A DNA stretch of 56,688 nt, filler included, from Dugesia japonica (lineage: Eukaryota), in the NCBI GenBank assembly GCA_001938525.1. It is 5 parts of 5 records of this genome, joined end to end, with 100 filler letters (N's around TTAATTAATTAA, not from the genome) between each part and the next. Parts side by side here need not be neighbours in the genome. Positions count along the whole stretch, not along the records: positions 1 to 15,166 come from MQRL01617580.1; positions 15,267 to 24,446 come from MQRL01301504.1; positions 24,547 to 33,232 come from MQRL01642190.1; 2 more parts are not named here. One strand, written 5' to 3'. The notes beneath the pieces are model-generated. The model searched no databases. It saw only the letters and a program-made list of their open reading frames with translations, and was not told where the DNA came from. Each line of letters opens with the position of its first letter. Position 1 is the stretch's first letter. Below, one piece after another: positions 13,851-25,500 of this stretch. Position numbers and translations under genes: made by a program.

Positions 13851-14454
13851 TAATTGATTAAATTATTATATTATTTCTAGGCGGAAAGATGAAAATAATA
13901 GAATATAATAAAAAGAGAGATGGGGATACAAAGAGATGGGGATACGAGATAAAATTAATTCAAGAGTTATTTTAGAAAATGACAACTGAAAAGAAAAATG
14001 TGGGAGGTCGGAATAACCATCAAAAATTTTAATACAGAAGAGACAAAAAGAAGATATTTGAAAGCTATAAAAAAATTTGACAAAGAAAGCTATGTCAAAA
14101 TTATGCCGCCAAAATGGAATTGTATAAGAAAACGAATGAAACAAGAATCAGAACTTAAAGAGTGGTAAAAAATGTTTAAAGTTTTAACAGAATTTAGACA
14201 AATTAAAAATGTTTTAAAAGAAAGTATTGAAAAAGTTTAAAGAAGAATTTACAAGTTATTAAAGGAATCAAAATTTTTTGAAGGAACTTAAAAGAATTAA
14301 AAGAAATAAAATGTATTGAGAAAAGAATAAAAGAGATCCTAAGAATCAAAGGTGAAAACGAAAGGATTGAGTAATTCGTAAAGTTATTTGAAAAGAAGAG
14401 AATTTAAAGAAATATCAAGGCATCCGAAAATAATTTATTATAATAGTAGATGCA

Positions 14455-15166
14455 AGAATTTGCAATTACTATCGAAAGTTTATTAAAGGTTTGTCAAAAA
14501 AAGCTAGATTTCTGGAACAGCTGTGTATTGGTCCGACTAACAAGAAAATTGAATGGGCAAATGAATTAGAAGAAGTTTTTATTGGGATGAGAGAAGCAAT
14601 AATGATGTCTCTAATATTATGTTTTCCAGATATAAATAGAGTATTTATTTTGGATAGGGATGCGATTTTTGATACTATTTGGGTAGTACTATCTCAAATA
14701 GACAACAATAGACAAAAAGAGTAATTGCATATGGGTTACACACATTAACGAGTCATGAAAAACGAATTTTGTAAGTAGAAAAAATTACTCGCAACTTACT
14801 ACTTCTGTATTTATTTCAAACTTATATGAGAAGAGATTTATGTTACAAATGCGGATATGTTGTTAAGGTGTAAATGCGATACATGTGCACAATGTCTAAT
14901 GTAACATAAACATCTCAAAAGTGGAAAATTAAAAATATAATTTAAATACAATAGATATTCAAGAAAATACATGGCAATTTTGGTGAGAATAATGAAGGGA
15001 CATGAAAACCTGATGATAAATTAGAAGAGGTTATAATGAAGATACACATATTTTGTGTATAAAGCAAAAATATAATGTGAAACATTTATGGAACAAAATA
15101 CAAGAGGTTTTACGAAGGTGTATAACATGCCAGAAAACTTAACTGTTAACAACAAAAACGAAAGAA
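14455..15166 (+). mobile_element. Ty3/gypsy pol relic (RT thumb/connection, RNase H, start of integrase)
   Basis: YYRKFIKGLSKKARFLEQLC..KKIEW...ILCFPDINRVFILDRDA..DTIWVVLSQ, then NADMLLRCKCDTCAQCLM*H. Same family as 1453-2600. Confidence 0.88.
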
Positions 15167-15266
15167 NNNNNNNNNNNNNNNNNNNNNNNNNNNNNNNNNN
15201 NNNNNNNNNNTTAATTAATTAANNNNNNNNNNNNNNNNNNNNNNNNNNNNNNNNNNNNNNNNNNNN
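15167..15266. other. Artificial contig spacer N44-TTAATTAATTAA-N44
   Basis: The 12-mer at 15211-15222 has stops in all six frames. The identical 100-nt structure occurs four times in the window. Confidence 0.95.
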
Positions 15267-15807
15267 TAAACTATGAAGTTTGATTCCAAATTTCGTCACG
15301 TGTTTTGGTACTAAATTTAAATTTTTATAAATAAATCGTTTATATTGTGGTAATAATTAGATGAGTTTGTGACACTCATCGTTGAATTCATGAGACCAGT
15401 TGATTCCATTAAACTTTATTATAAAAAACTATAACAAAATAATTTGTTTATTTAAACAAAATAAATATAATTTGCAGATCAGTTTAAATTAGCCATAAAA
15501 TTGTTATAAACATTAAAAATATTATAAAGATTATTTAAAAATTTAAATTTATTTCCAAACTATTTTAACTCAACTTGTCTAGAAATTTTTAAAAATAAAA
15601 ATTTTTGATTAAAAATGATGTATTTTATTTATTTTTAATAATTATCCTTTATTATTATTTATTTTAACATACTTACATGTAAATTTGAAAATATAGTATC
15701 GATTGAGTTAAACAGATAATTTTAAGCTTAAAAATTTTAATAAATTAAGATTTTTTATTAAGCTTATAAATTTTAAGGTTTTTGATCTTAATTAATAAGC
15801 TCAAACT

Positions 15808-15935
15808 TTTCCAGTAATCTTGACATTCCGAATGACGATTAATAAAGCCAAAGACAAATCATTGAATAAAGTTGGCGTGTATTTGTTTGAACCTGTTTTT
15901 ACTCATGGTCAAGTCAACGTTGTACTTACTTGCAG
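15808..15935 (+). mobile_element. Helitron-type PIF1 helicase C-terminal fragment
   Basis: FPVILTFRMTINKAKDKSLNKVGVYLFEPVFTHGQVNVVLT matches the RepHel motif FP.RLAFAMTINKSQGQSL..VG.YL..PVFSHGQLYVA.SR. Confidence 0.85.
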
Positions 15936-16495
15936 TGGAAATAGTGAAAAAAATTTATAATATTCACTCACTGACTCACTTTGGAATGTTAGCAAATAAG
16001 TAAAAAGAAATCAATACTAATTTGTATAAGTTTGTTGGAATTAGAAAACTGATATACTATAATGGTTATTGGTTAAATAAGCGTTATTAGACGATTGGAA
16101 AACTCGCGAAAGCTTAACATTTCATTAACACCAACATACAATCAAAAAAAGAAATTATTTGTTACACGTTAAATGACATGCAAAAATTCCAAACTTTCAC
16201 TCATGTACATAAACATACATTTAATTACACGTAATTAACATTAAAATTGATACATTTAAACAATCTAATTTACATACTGATATTTATTTAAAAGTATTTG
16301 TATTGAAAATTTTAAATTTTAATTATTATTTTTATTAATAAATTATTTCAGGATAAAATTTAAAAAATTTATTCTGTAATGTGAGGAAAATTTTTTATTT
16401 AAAAACATGAAATCAAATGACTAAAAATTCAAAGAAAGTAAAATTTGTGTTATAATTATTATTAAATCAAAAAGAAAAGTATAAAATAAACTAAC

Positions 16496-16656
16496 ATTTT
16501 TCAAATTGTCAACTTCAAACAAAAATTTTAAGCTAGCGGAAATGTTAATTCTTTCTCCATTAGCTAAACATAGAATTTGTGAATCATCAAGAACGGTATT
16601 TAAGTTTTCAACCCATTCGGAATCGATTGGACCATCCAAAACTATCCATTGACTGT
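16496..16656 (-). CDS. DNAH14: Axonemal dynein heavy chain exon (AAA2 Walker B region)
   Basis: (D)SQWIVLDGPIDSEWVENLNTVLDDSQILCLANGERINISASLKFLFEVDNLKN. AG acceptor at 16657-58, GT donor at 16494-95. The DNAH14 subtype call is tentative. Confidence 0.92.
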
Positions 16657-16704
16657 CTAAAACAAGAGAATTAAAATAAACTCCTAAAATGAGTAGTACT
16701 AAAC

Positions 16705-16807
16705 CTTTTCGCAATTTTCTTGAAAGAACTTTATCGTCTTTACTGAATTGATTTTTCAAAACATCTTGAATAGGATCTATTGATTCAATTGATAATCTAG
16801 GCGCAAC
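16705..16807 (-). CDS. DNAH14: Dynein heavy chain exon (AAA2 insert)
   Basis: VAPRLSIESIDPIQDVLKNQFSKDDKVLSRKLRK. AG at 16808-09, GT at 16703-04. Phases match both neighbours. Confidence 0.75.
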
Positions 16808-17780
16808 CTATACGAATAACTCAACTCATTAACAAATCAAATACATAAATTCAAAAATAAAGTTTAAATTATAGAGGTTGGAATTTCGGCAATATAAATT
16901 ATTACAAAAGATATTTTGTATAATTATACCAGGATCTCAAATAGTTATTTTTTAAAATTTTAATTTAAGTTGCGGAATAATTGGAAAAATATCAGTTAGG
17001 TAATGTTCTTCCGGCCTTGGTTTAAATTCCAATGAAAATGTTTTCAATTTAAACAAAACTTAATAAAGAAAACATAAAAACAAATATTTAATATTAATTG
17101 AAATTTATATAACTAATAATGAAAATAAGTATTTAAACGAAAAACCATATAGTATTAATAACGATTTAATAAAATTAATTAATATTTTATACGTAAATTA
17201 ATATATATGTACTAAACCAATAATTAAAACACTAAATTCTGCAATAAAGTGGTTAAAGTAATATATTATGTCAACACAAAAATCAAACCGAATTCTCTTT
17301 CATTTAAACTGACCAAGCCGAGGAAATTATTGACTAAGATTGCCCATATCGATGAAATATTTGACGAATTCATCTAAAATCATCTAAAAAATATACCGAA
17401 TGGACCTCACCGAGTAAATTTTGTCGTATAAAATGCCTAAAAAATGATACCTTTTAAGAAGCCTGGAAAATTTTGACCCCCTTAAAGCTTGAAAAATCTT
17501 TGCTAATTAAAAGCATATGAAAAATTTAACACCGCTTTTAAAATTTTTTTCAAAACATAGCACCTCTTTTAATTTATTTTTAAAAATTAGTGATTAATAT
17601 GAACATTTTAGCTTGCTTATATTTGAAAAATACAAATTTTCTTGGATTTTTAATTTTTTTAAAATCCACTTTTATATGGAATGGAGTAAGTATATTGATA
17701 AATCGATATTTTCTTTAAATAATCTGTATTTTCCAACACATTACAAATCTAAATATAAATTGTATTCAATTAACAATTAC

Positions 17781-18092
17781 CGATAACCGTCTTAATAAAG
17801 TCACATTCAATAGAGAACTTCGACGTCTTCCTTTATTTTGATAACTTTCTTCGGAAACCGAAGTCACTTTTGAATCAACATTATCGTTTTCTGAATTTTC
17901 AACTATTTGTTGATTATCAATATTTTGTTGATTTTTATTGGCAATTGAAATCATTTTTTTGGTTACTAACGGAATAATTCCTTCAACCCATTCAAATGAA
18001 TTCGGATTAACATATCCATACAAATGATTTATTGAAATAGCTTTAGGATTGATGACTTGAACATCAATTTTCGCGCGACGACCAGATAAGAT
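17781..18092 (-). CDS. DNAH14: Dynein heavy chain exon (AAA2)
   Basis: ILSGRRAKIDVQVINPKAISINHLYGYVNPNSFEWVEGII...RRLS contains the dynein motif INPKA....LYG.....EW.(D/E)G. AG at 18093-94, GT at 17779-80. Confidence 0.9.
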
Positions 18093-18140
18093 CTGAAAGC
18101 AACTTTATTGAACTCAACAAATCAATTAAAGATAGCATAC

Positions 18141-18259
18141 TTGATTACCCTTACCGTTTTCATCATAATTCTTACTTTTTGTTTTATTCGATAATTTTAC
18201 CAACGGTAATAAAGTTAATGCCTTTTGTAAAATCATACGAATTACAGTCTTACCACTAG
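18141..18259 (-). CDS. DNAH14: Dynein heavy chain exon (second half of AAA2 P-loop)
   Basis: (A)SGKTVIRMILQKALTLLPLVKLS..., which splices in phase 1 to give GPSASGKT. From memory, GKT..R.IL.KALTLLP resembles DNAH14. 48-nt intron at 18093-18140. Confidence 0.88.
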
Positions 18260-18459
18260 CTGAGAAACAATTATTATTACTTTTATTTTTAAATAATTTG
18301 TCAAAATAAAATTATTAAATTTGAATTGTGTAAACATTTTTTTATTAATTACTAATTAAACTCCTTTTATTTATAAGGTATTTCAAAACGTCTTTACCCT
18401 TTTTCATAATTAAACTTTAAAACAATAAAGTATTTTAAAAAATTATTTATTTATACAAA

Positions 18460-19900
18460 TAAAACCCATCAGAATTTCCCACTTCTTGTCAAGGTTTTGA
18501 TAAAAAAAAATACAATCACGATAGAAACTTGAATTCTATTTAGATTCAAAGAATTCATTGATTGCAAGAATGACCTCAAGACAATTTTTGTACTTTTTAC
18601 ATACAAGAAAATTTGACAGATAAAAAAGATGGTTAATCGGAAGTAGATAGCTTCGTTTCCCCTCCGCTGACAAAGTGATCTAGGAATTTTTGTGATCCAA
18701 ATATTTTGTATTTTAATCGGTTGTTACGTTTTAGTAAAAAAATTTTCGATTTCGAATTTTGATTGGTTAAAGGTTTGCCCAGGAAGATTGAAATTATGTA
18801 TTTTGGTTTCGACATTTTTCGGTCAAATGTTATCGTATAGCTACGAATCTGGTATCGTTAGATAGAAAATTAAAAACCGTATTTGTGTGCAGCACTTAAT
18901 CACTTCGTCTTTAATTTTTTCAATTAATAATGATTGTATGATGATAAATTTGGTAAATTCAGAAAAGAAACTACCTATTCAAAACGAAAATACCGAATTC
19001 CAACTTTCCCGAGCATTTTTTTGACAAAACCTTTGAAATTGAAAATGTTTTCTACTGAAAAATAACGACAAATCAAAATCCAAAAATTTTAGATTACAAA
19101 AATTCCTGGATCACTTTGTTGGCGGGGTATGATCCAGTGATGAGGTATCTATCTACTAACAGGAGGTAAAATGTCTGGGCTATATGGTGGATGCTTTAAA
19201 GCTTTTCAATCAAAACTTGTGAATTTTAATTGAGTCAACCGGGAAANATGAGGCTTTGCGTTATCCTGCTAAACAATTACCCCAATTTCAATTAATTATA
19301 CTTGGTTGCTTTTTGAACAATTCTGAATGAACTCGGTCTATTTGTTGTCAATAAACATTGGCATTGATTTCCTGATCACGTCTTAAGCAGTCCCAATATA
19401 TAATTTCACTTGCTGACCATCAGACACTAAGTAAAATCTTTGAATGGATTAAGGGTTTTGGAAATTGGTTAGAGGTTGGACCAGGTTTTATCCATAAAAA
19501 TTTATTATGAAGAATTATTATAGAGAACTCACTTTTCGTCTACAGTAATTATTCGCTCAATTATGGATTAATTTTTCTTGCCATGAACAAAGAAGAGCAA
19601 AAATCNATTCGTTGTTTTCGTTAAAAATCACTATAAAACGTGAAGCACAATTTTTGTCAAAACATTTGGTAAAGCCTAGGAGTTTCAAATGATTTCTAAT
19701 GATGACAAGTAAGGTCTAAAGATAGTTCTTCTAATGTTGCTCTTAAGCAATTTATAATGTTTATGTTTTATAATTACAAAAAACGACATTAATATTTGAT
19801 TAATTAACACACATACAAAATCAAATAATTTTAATTTTGTCTTAAATTTTAAACAAAACATTTTTTGCATAATAATATTGATTTTAAAAAGTCATCCTCA
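18460..19900 (-). mobile_element. mariner transposase relic, split by an insertion at 18642-19157
   Basis: RIITVDEK, I.WDC, QDNAKPH and HPPYSPDILPP lie on one side of the insertion. SD.HLF..LSNFL and FFESK..FYR continue on the other. Confidence 0.8.
18642..19157. mobile_element. 516-bp non-coding TIR element with AGTAG...CTACT ends (putative mini-Polinton)
   Basis: Left end AGTAGATAG...ccgctgacaaagtgatctaggaatttttgtgatc; right end reverse complement AGTAGATAGA...ccgccaacaaagtgatccaggaatttttgtaatc. Sits inside the mariner YSPD..PSD motif. TSD degenerate (aatcgg/aacagg, offset by one base). Confidence 0.8.
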
Positions 19901-19949
19901 GTTTAAATACAAAAATCAACTTCAAAACCAATTTATTCATCAATTAGAT

Positions 19950-20365
19950 CAGTGCTTCGCCACCTGTGTGCTATGGCACATAGGTGTGTCGAGGTCAAAT
20001 AAAAAAATTCTAAGTAAAGAATTGTTCAAAGGTTCTATCTTAGAAACAAAATAACGGGAATAAGTTCAATAAAGAGAACACATATAATTAAAAGAATTTT
20101 CAATAAAAAATCATTAAGAATTCGAATATAAAACTTTTGTGAACATTGAAGCAAGCGCAGATATCACATTAATCAGTTATTATTCTATAATAATTAAAGA
20201 GATTTCATAAAAGAAAATATAGTGTGGTTTTATGCATGCTTACTTAATAAATTAAAAAAATTTATGTTTCAAATTATTATCGATATAGTTTAGTTTTTTT
20301 ATGAACCGCTGAATTGTGGAAAAAACTTTAGTGTGTCTTAGACGAGAAAAGGTTGTGTAGCAGTG
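19950..20365. mobile_element. hAT (Charlie-type) MITE with perfect 8-bp TSD
   Basis: Imperfect TIRs CAGTGCTTCGCCACCT and AGGTTGTGTAGCAGTG. TSD AATTAGAT at 19942-19949 and 20366-20373. Confidence 0.88.
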
Positions 20366-20789
20366 AATTAGATTATGTCATTACATTTTTCCCTTTTAAT
20401 ATACATCCTCAGTAGATTAATTAGGCAATTTGGAAAATTTTTTGAAAAATCACTTAAACTATTTTATTCAAATTTTTTTTACAAAAAGCTTTAATGTCAA
20501 TAATTAAAGCAATGATATTAATTTTCGTTGAAAATTCCATCTTTAATTATTCTTCATAATTATCATCGTACTCTTTAATTGACCTAGCTACACTTTTCTA
20601 CTGATAAGATATGTAGGAATTCAAGAACAATGATAATACTAGCTTATCTCATTATCTATTTAAATAGTGTAATCTCAGACGTGGAAAAATATTCTTCAAA
20701 GATGCCTGGAAAGTTCTTTCGATTTTTTACTATGCAACAAATTTTTAAACACAGAAAGTCTTTATTCTAAAACACATTAGCCATTATTA

Positions 20790-21380
20790 TAGACAATTTG
20801 TTGCCATCTCTCAATCAATATCATGATTCCTTCTTTAAAAATTTCTGATTTAGTTTAGCAAAAATGCTTCCAAGTAAGTTTTGATATTGTCATCTAAAGT
20901 AAAGGTTTCCCCAGCAAAATGTTTTTGCAGAGACCAAAAAAATAGTAGTTTGGTGGTGATATATCAGAATTATTCTGTGGGCGAGGGGGCAAATTCCTTT
21001 CAAGATCTGATAAATTTTGTCGAGTCTTCAAAGATATGTGAGGTTTTGCGTTGTAGTAATGGAAAACAACACCTCCACGATTAACTTATTTTGGTAGTTT
21101 CCACTGCAAGAAATCATTTAATTTGTTTAATTGCTGATAATAAATAGTTTTGTTGATTGCTGTGTTAATCACCACATTGAAAATATAATTTTTTTCCTGG
21201 TAAGTTTCAGCTTTTGGTGCTTTTTGAGGTAGCTCATCAGAATTGGACCATGATTGAATACAATCCATTTATCATCGCCAGTGAAAGTTTCTTCAAAAAT
21301 GGGTCAATCTGATTACTTGTTAAGAACAATGATATTGGGAGAGAATGATGTGTAAAAGTTTGTTGATAATGACATTAAAT
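20790..21380 (-). mobile_element. mariner transposase relic in a dynein intron
   Basis: DPFLKK..TGDDKWIV, IYYQQLNKLN, VVFHYYNAKPH and SDISPPNYYF..SLQKHF. Confidence 0.8.
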
Positions 21381-21636
21381 CCTAAAATGAATTTTAAGTT
21401 GACGGATTCAACGTTGACCTTAAAATTATTTTACTGTTTATTTATTGGGATTACTCCATTGAAATTACGTAATCATTTTTAAATTTTTAAATAGTGTTTT
21501 TTAATAATATTTTAGTTGCTGATGATTGATGGTTATTTTGTCGAAATTAAGTTTAAATAAATATTTTGTTATTAATATTGAAATAGTAAAACGAATATTA
21601 TACACTTAAGAAGCACCAAAAACCATTTCGAATTAC

Positions 21637-21760
21637 CTGATGGTCCAAGTAACATAACACCATGTCTTGACTTTAATTGAGAATTAAGATGCTTGATTTT
21701 CTCTATTTGATCAGGCCATATTTCATATCCCAATTCTCTATAACTCATTTCAATACTTTT
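21637..21760 (-). CDS. DNAH14: Dynein heavy chain exon (start of AAA2)
   Basis: KSIEMSYRELGYEIWPDQIEKIKHLNSQLKSRHGVMLLGPS contains the RHGVM.LGP motif. 42-nt intron upstream (21761-21802); GT donor at 21635-36. Confidence 0.92.
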
Positions 21761-21802
21761 CTAAATTTTAAAATTATTTTTTATCAAAATTAAATAAATC
21801 AC

Positions 21803-22310
21803 CTCTAATATTTTATCATTTTCTAAATTCTCTTTAAAATTTCCAAACAGATCATTCATGATAGAATTGAATATCGGTAAATCATCGGTAATAAGTCTCG
21901 GAAGATTAGAGATTTTTATCGCTTGTATTAGAATGCTCATTTCGTCACTGCCAGTTAATTGTACATTGTCAGAAACCAAAACCTTTTCAAGTCTCAAATG
22001 ACCAGTTAATATAAGAACAGATTTTATAGATCTTAAACCGAAATCATAATGTTGTTGGTTTGATAATTGATCATTGCATAAACGATAAAGATTAGTAATT
22101 TTACTGCTTAAGATTTTTGCAGTGATAAAGCCTTCTGAGAATAAAATAACTTCACAAATCAACACATAATCTGGCACCATCATAGCTACGGGCCGGAAAA
22201 GAAAGTTTAAATTATCAGGTAATTCTACTCGNNNNNNNNNNNNNNNNNNNNNNNNNNNNNNNNNNNNNNNNNNNNNNNNNNNNNNNNNNNNNNNNNNNNN
22301 NNNNACAAAT
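21803..22310 (-). CDS. DNAH14: Dynein heavy chain exon (AAA1 C-terminal part; spans an N gap)
   Basis: RVELPDNLNFLFRPVAMMVPDYVLICEVILFSEGF...QLSNQQHYDFGLRSIKSVL...SNLPRLITDDLPIF..IMNDLF. Probable AG acceptor at 22311-12, GT donor at 21801-02. Confidence 0.95.
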
Positions 22311-24446
22311 CTAAAGTGAAATAAACATATCAATTTATTAATTTTATTTTGATGTTTAAAGAAAATTATAAATTGCAAGTATTTATTATTTCTAATAAAT
22401 TACTCTAAAATTTTGATAAATTAAATTTACCAATGAAATTTTAATTTTAATAATTCAAATGTTCGATTATTGATTGGTTTATTCAGAAATTCCCAAAGAA
22501 AACAATAGTGGCAAATTCGGATAAGTACCAAAAGAATAAAAAAACAAAACAACATTTTGATCGAAACTATGAATTTAATGAATTCTGAAATACGATCGAT
22601 ATTTAAGTCCAACAATTATTCTCGCAATAATAGTAATTGTAAAATGCTTAAATAATACATTAAAAATTACCAATTTCCAAGAAAGTGGCTTTATGAAATT
22701 AAAATTCATTTGTAATCCAATAATTCACCTTACGATGATAATAATTGTAAGATTGTTTTTAAAAGCGGATTTAAATTTTTTATAGTTTGAAACGGAATTT
22801 ATTAAAATCAGATTTGTTAAATATTTTATTTAAATCATTAAAATGGGTTGTAAAATAAATTTTTAATTTTTATTTAATTAACAGTTTAAAGCAAACGAAT
22901 TTTAAAATTTATTTTGTTTTTTAGAAAACGAAATTTTAAATTTGTTTTCAGAAAGCGAATTTAAATCTAAAATGTCATTTACAATGTATATTAAAATTTT
23001 ACTGTAATTTATAAAATTATTAAATTTACTTTTAAATTTGAAATTATAGTTTTTATTGAATGTTTTACGTTATTTATTAAAAGTTAAAATAAACTGAATT
23101 AATGACATATTTTTAAATTAACTGAAATTTTTGAAATTTCCTTTTATAAAAAAAAATTTTCAATTTTTCATCTAACAATAATATCAATATTTCTTTTACT
23201 AAAAAAAATTAAATTGCATATTAGAATTTTCAAAAATATTTTTTAAAATATTTACGTTTAACTTTTTCTGAGTTATCCTGATTATAAGTACACCCAATTA
23301 TGTTTTTACATGAAATTTTTCCAAGCGATTTTGATTTAACACAATTTAGAAATAAATTTTATTCTCTTTTTACAAGACTTGTTTTTATTTAACACGATCC
23401 AAAGGGTTGTAAATATACATGAGTAAAATATATTCTAGTCAATTTTCAGTAGAAGACAATTCCCATAACAAAATTTTAATAAGCAAATATTTTTGTATTA
23501 TACATACATAATAAGTATCTATTTGTTCTTGGATTTTATCAATGTAGCATAATTAATAATCTGTGGCATTATAATTATTTTTAAAATGAAAATAATTTTA
23601 TTTATCAAAGTTTTAATTAATTAGGCTACAAATATAAGATGAATTATAACATCAAACACAAAATCGGGTTTATAATTTCAATTAGATTATTTACAGAATC
23701 AAATTTTTGTTTTAACATTTAAAGTTATAAAACTTTTTAAAAAAATATTGTAAACATCATATAGATTTTTTACTTTTAGAAGTGGTCAATTTTATAGAGA
23801 TGGTCACCAAAATAGGGTGTTCACCACGTGGAAGTGATCACTTTTGAGAGGTTCTTTTTTTATCTTCTACTTTTGAAATTTGAGGAAAAAATAAATTAGG
23901 AAATTAAGTAATATTATTATTTTAAAATTTTATTATTTTGGGAAAAATCTAAATATTCATTTGATCTAAAACATGCATAATTCATAATTTTAAACAACTT
24001 AAAATGCGTTTTGTTGACATTTTTTTAAAAATCAGTTTCTTAAAAAAGAAGTGATCTTATCCTTTTTAGTGCAGTTACTATCGATAAAATCATTATACGT
24101 AAAATTCTTTTCTTTGCTTTTTCATTGAGGTAATTATGCAAATGAATAATTTGGAGGTGTAAACGCGACTAATTAAAGACAACAAAGAATTGTGAAACTA
24201 AAAGTTTTCTGAATGAAGATCATCCAAGAAAATATTCAAGGTATTTATGAGGAAATGTGTGATTATTGAATGTTTTAAGTATTTTTAATTTTTATTAGTA
24301 TGTTATTAATTAAATTTGATTAATTTATTTTAAATTAAAGAAACGTTTATTTTAATATTATATACGGCAATTTTTTTAAAAATTAGTTGTAAATTTGGTG
24401 TCTTTATTAGTTTAGAATTCAAATTTTATTGATAAAAATGTATTTT

Positions 24447-24546
24447 NNNNNNNNNNNNNNNNNNNNNNNNNNNNNNNNNNNNNNNNNNNNTTAATTAATT
24501 AANNNNNNNNNNNNNNNNNNNNNNNNNNNNNNNNNNNNNNNNNNNN
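24447..24546. other. Artificial contig spacer
   Basis: N run, TTAATTAATTAA (24491-24502), N run. Confidence 0.95.
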
Positions 24547-24689
24547 GGATAGGTCTAGAATATCCCAAGCCATCTTTTGATTACTTTTGGCCTCAGCAAT
24601 CATTAAATGCGGCAGTATGTTTTCTTTATCGCTTCTTAATCTAGCTTGGATGCGATATGGTTATACACTTCTAAATTACTAGTGAAATT

Positions 24690-25140
24690 TAGGCATGTTT
24701 TACATCTCTTAAAAATGTACAGTTCTCATAGGTATTCTGAAAAGATATCGTCTTTTACCGTGGAATTGGATAATACTTTACGATAATCTATTGAATTTAT
24801 AGACATGATAGTTGTCATAGTTACCAATCTTCCCCTTATTGTTGGGATGCGCACAATGGCTCTTCTTCCTTTTCTTGATCTCGCTTGAGATCATTTAGGA
24901 TGTAAATCAGCTGATATTTAATCAATAATTAGGGCCTGGAAAAATCATTTCCACAAAGATTGTTGAACCACCACAGGACATATTCCTATATCTGTGGATT
25001 TCACATGATCCAATACTCTGTGTGATTCCCGATTCCTCAAGACATATTAATAGTGGATATTGATATTGCAAATTCTGGACCACGCATAACTTCTAATTTA
25101 GGCTTTATCTCCTTCAAAATCAATTCCAGATTTTCCGAAA
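24690..25140 (-). mobile_element. IS630/Tc1-like transposase relic
   Basis: FAISISTIN, EYVLWWFNN and SQARSRKGRRAIVRIPTIRGRLVTM...NSTVKDDIFSEYL*EL resemble the region after the first catalytic Asp of eukaryotic IS630-like DDE transposases. Confidence 0.55.
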
Positions 25141-25249
25141 CAATAAATTCAATTTTAGAACGAATTTCAGTTTTGTTAAAATTGATCTAGCTTTGCTCCC
25201 ATTGGGTTTTGATCGATAACATATTTTATGAATCTATTTAAAAGTATTC

Positions 25250-25500
25250 ATTAAAATAAAGCTTTGATCAACATTGGTTTTGGATAATAATTCTAATTTT
25301 CGACTTTGTCTTCGTCAAGAATTGACTTTTTCAATTTTTTTTTTCAAAGTCAATTCCTGACGAATATAAAGTCGTAAATTAGAATTATTATGAAAAACAA
25401 ATTTTGATCGAAGCTTTTAATTTAAATGAATTCTGAAAATCGATCAATGGTTACGTTCAACAATTATTTTCGCAATAATTCTATTTGTAATTGTAAAACT
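25250..25500. mobile_element. Palindromic MITE family copy
   Basis: Hairpin centred near 25337 with arms ataattctaattttcgactttgtcttcgtcaagaattgacttt and aaagtcaattcctgacgaatataaagtcgtaaattagaattat. Confidence 0.8.
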
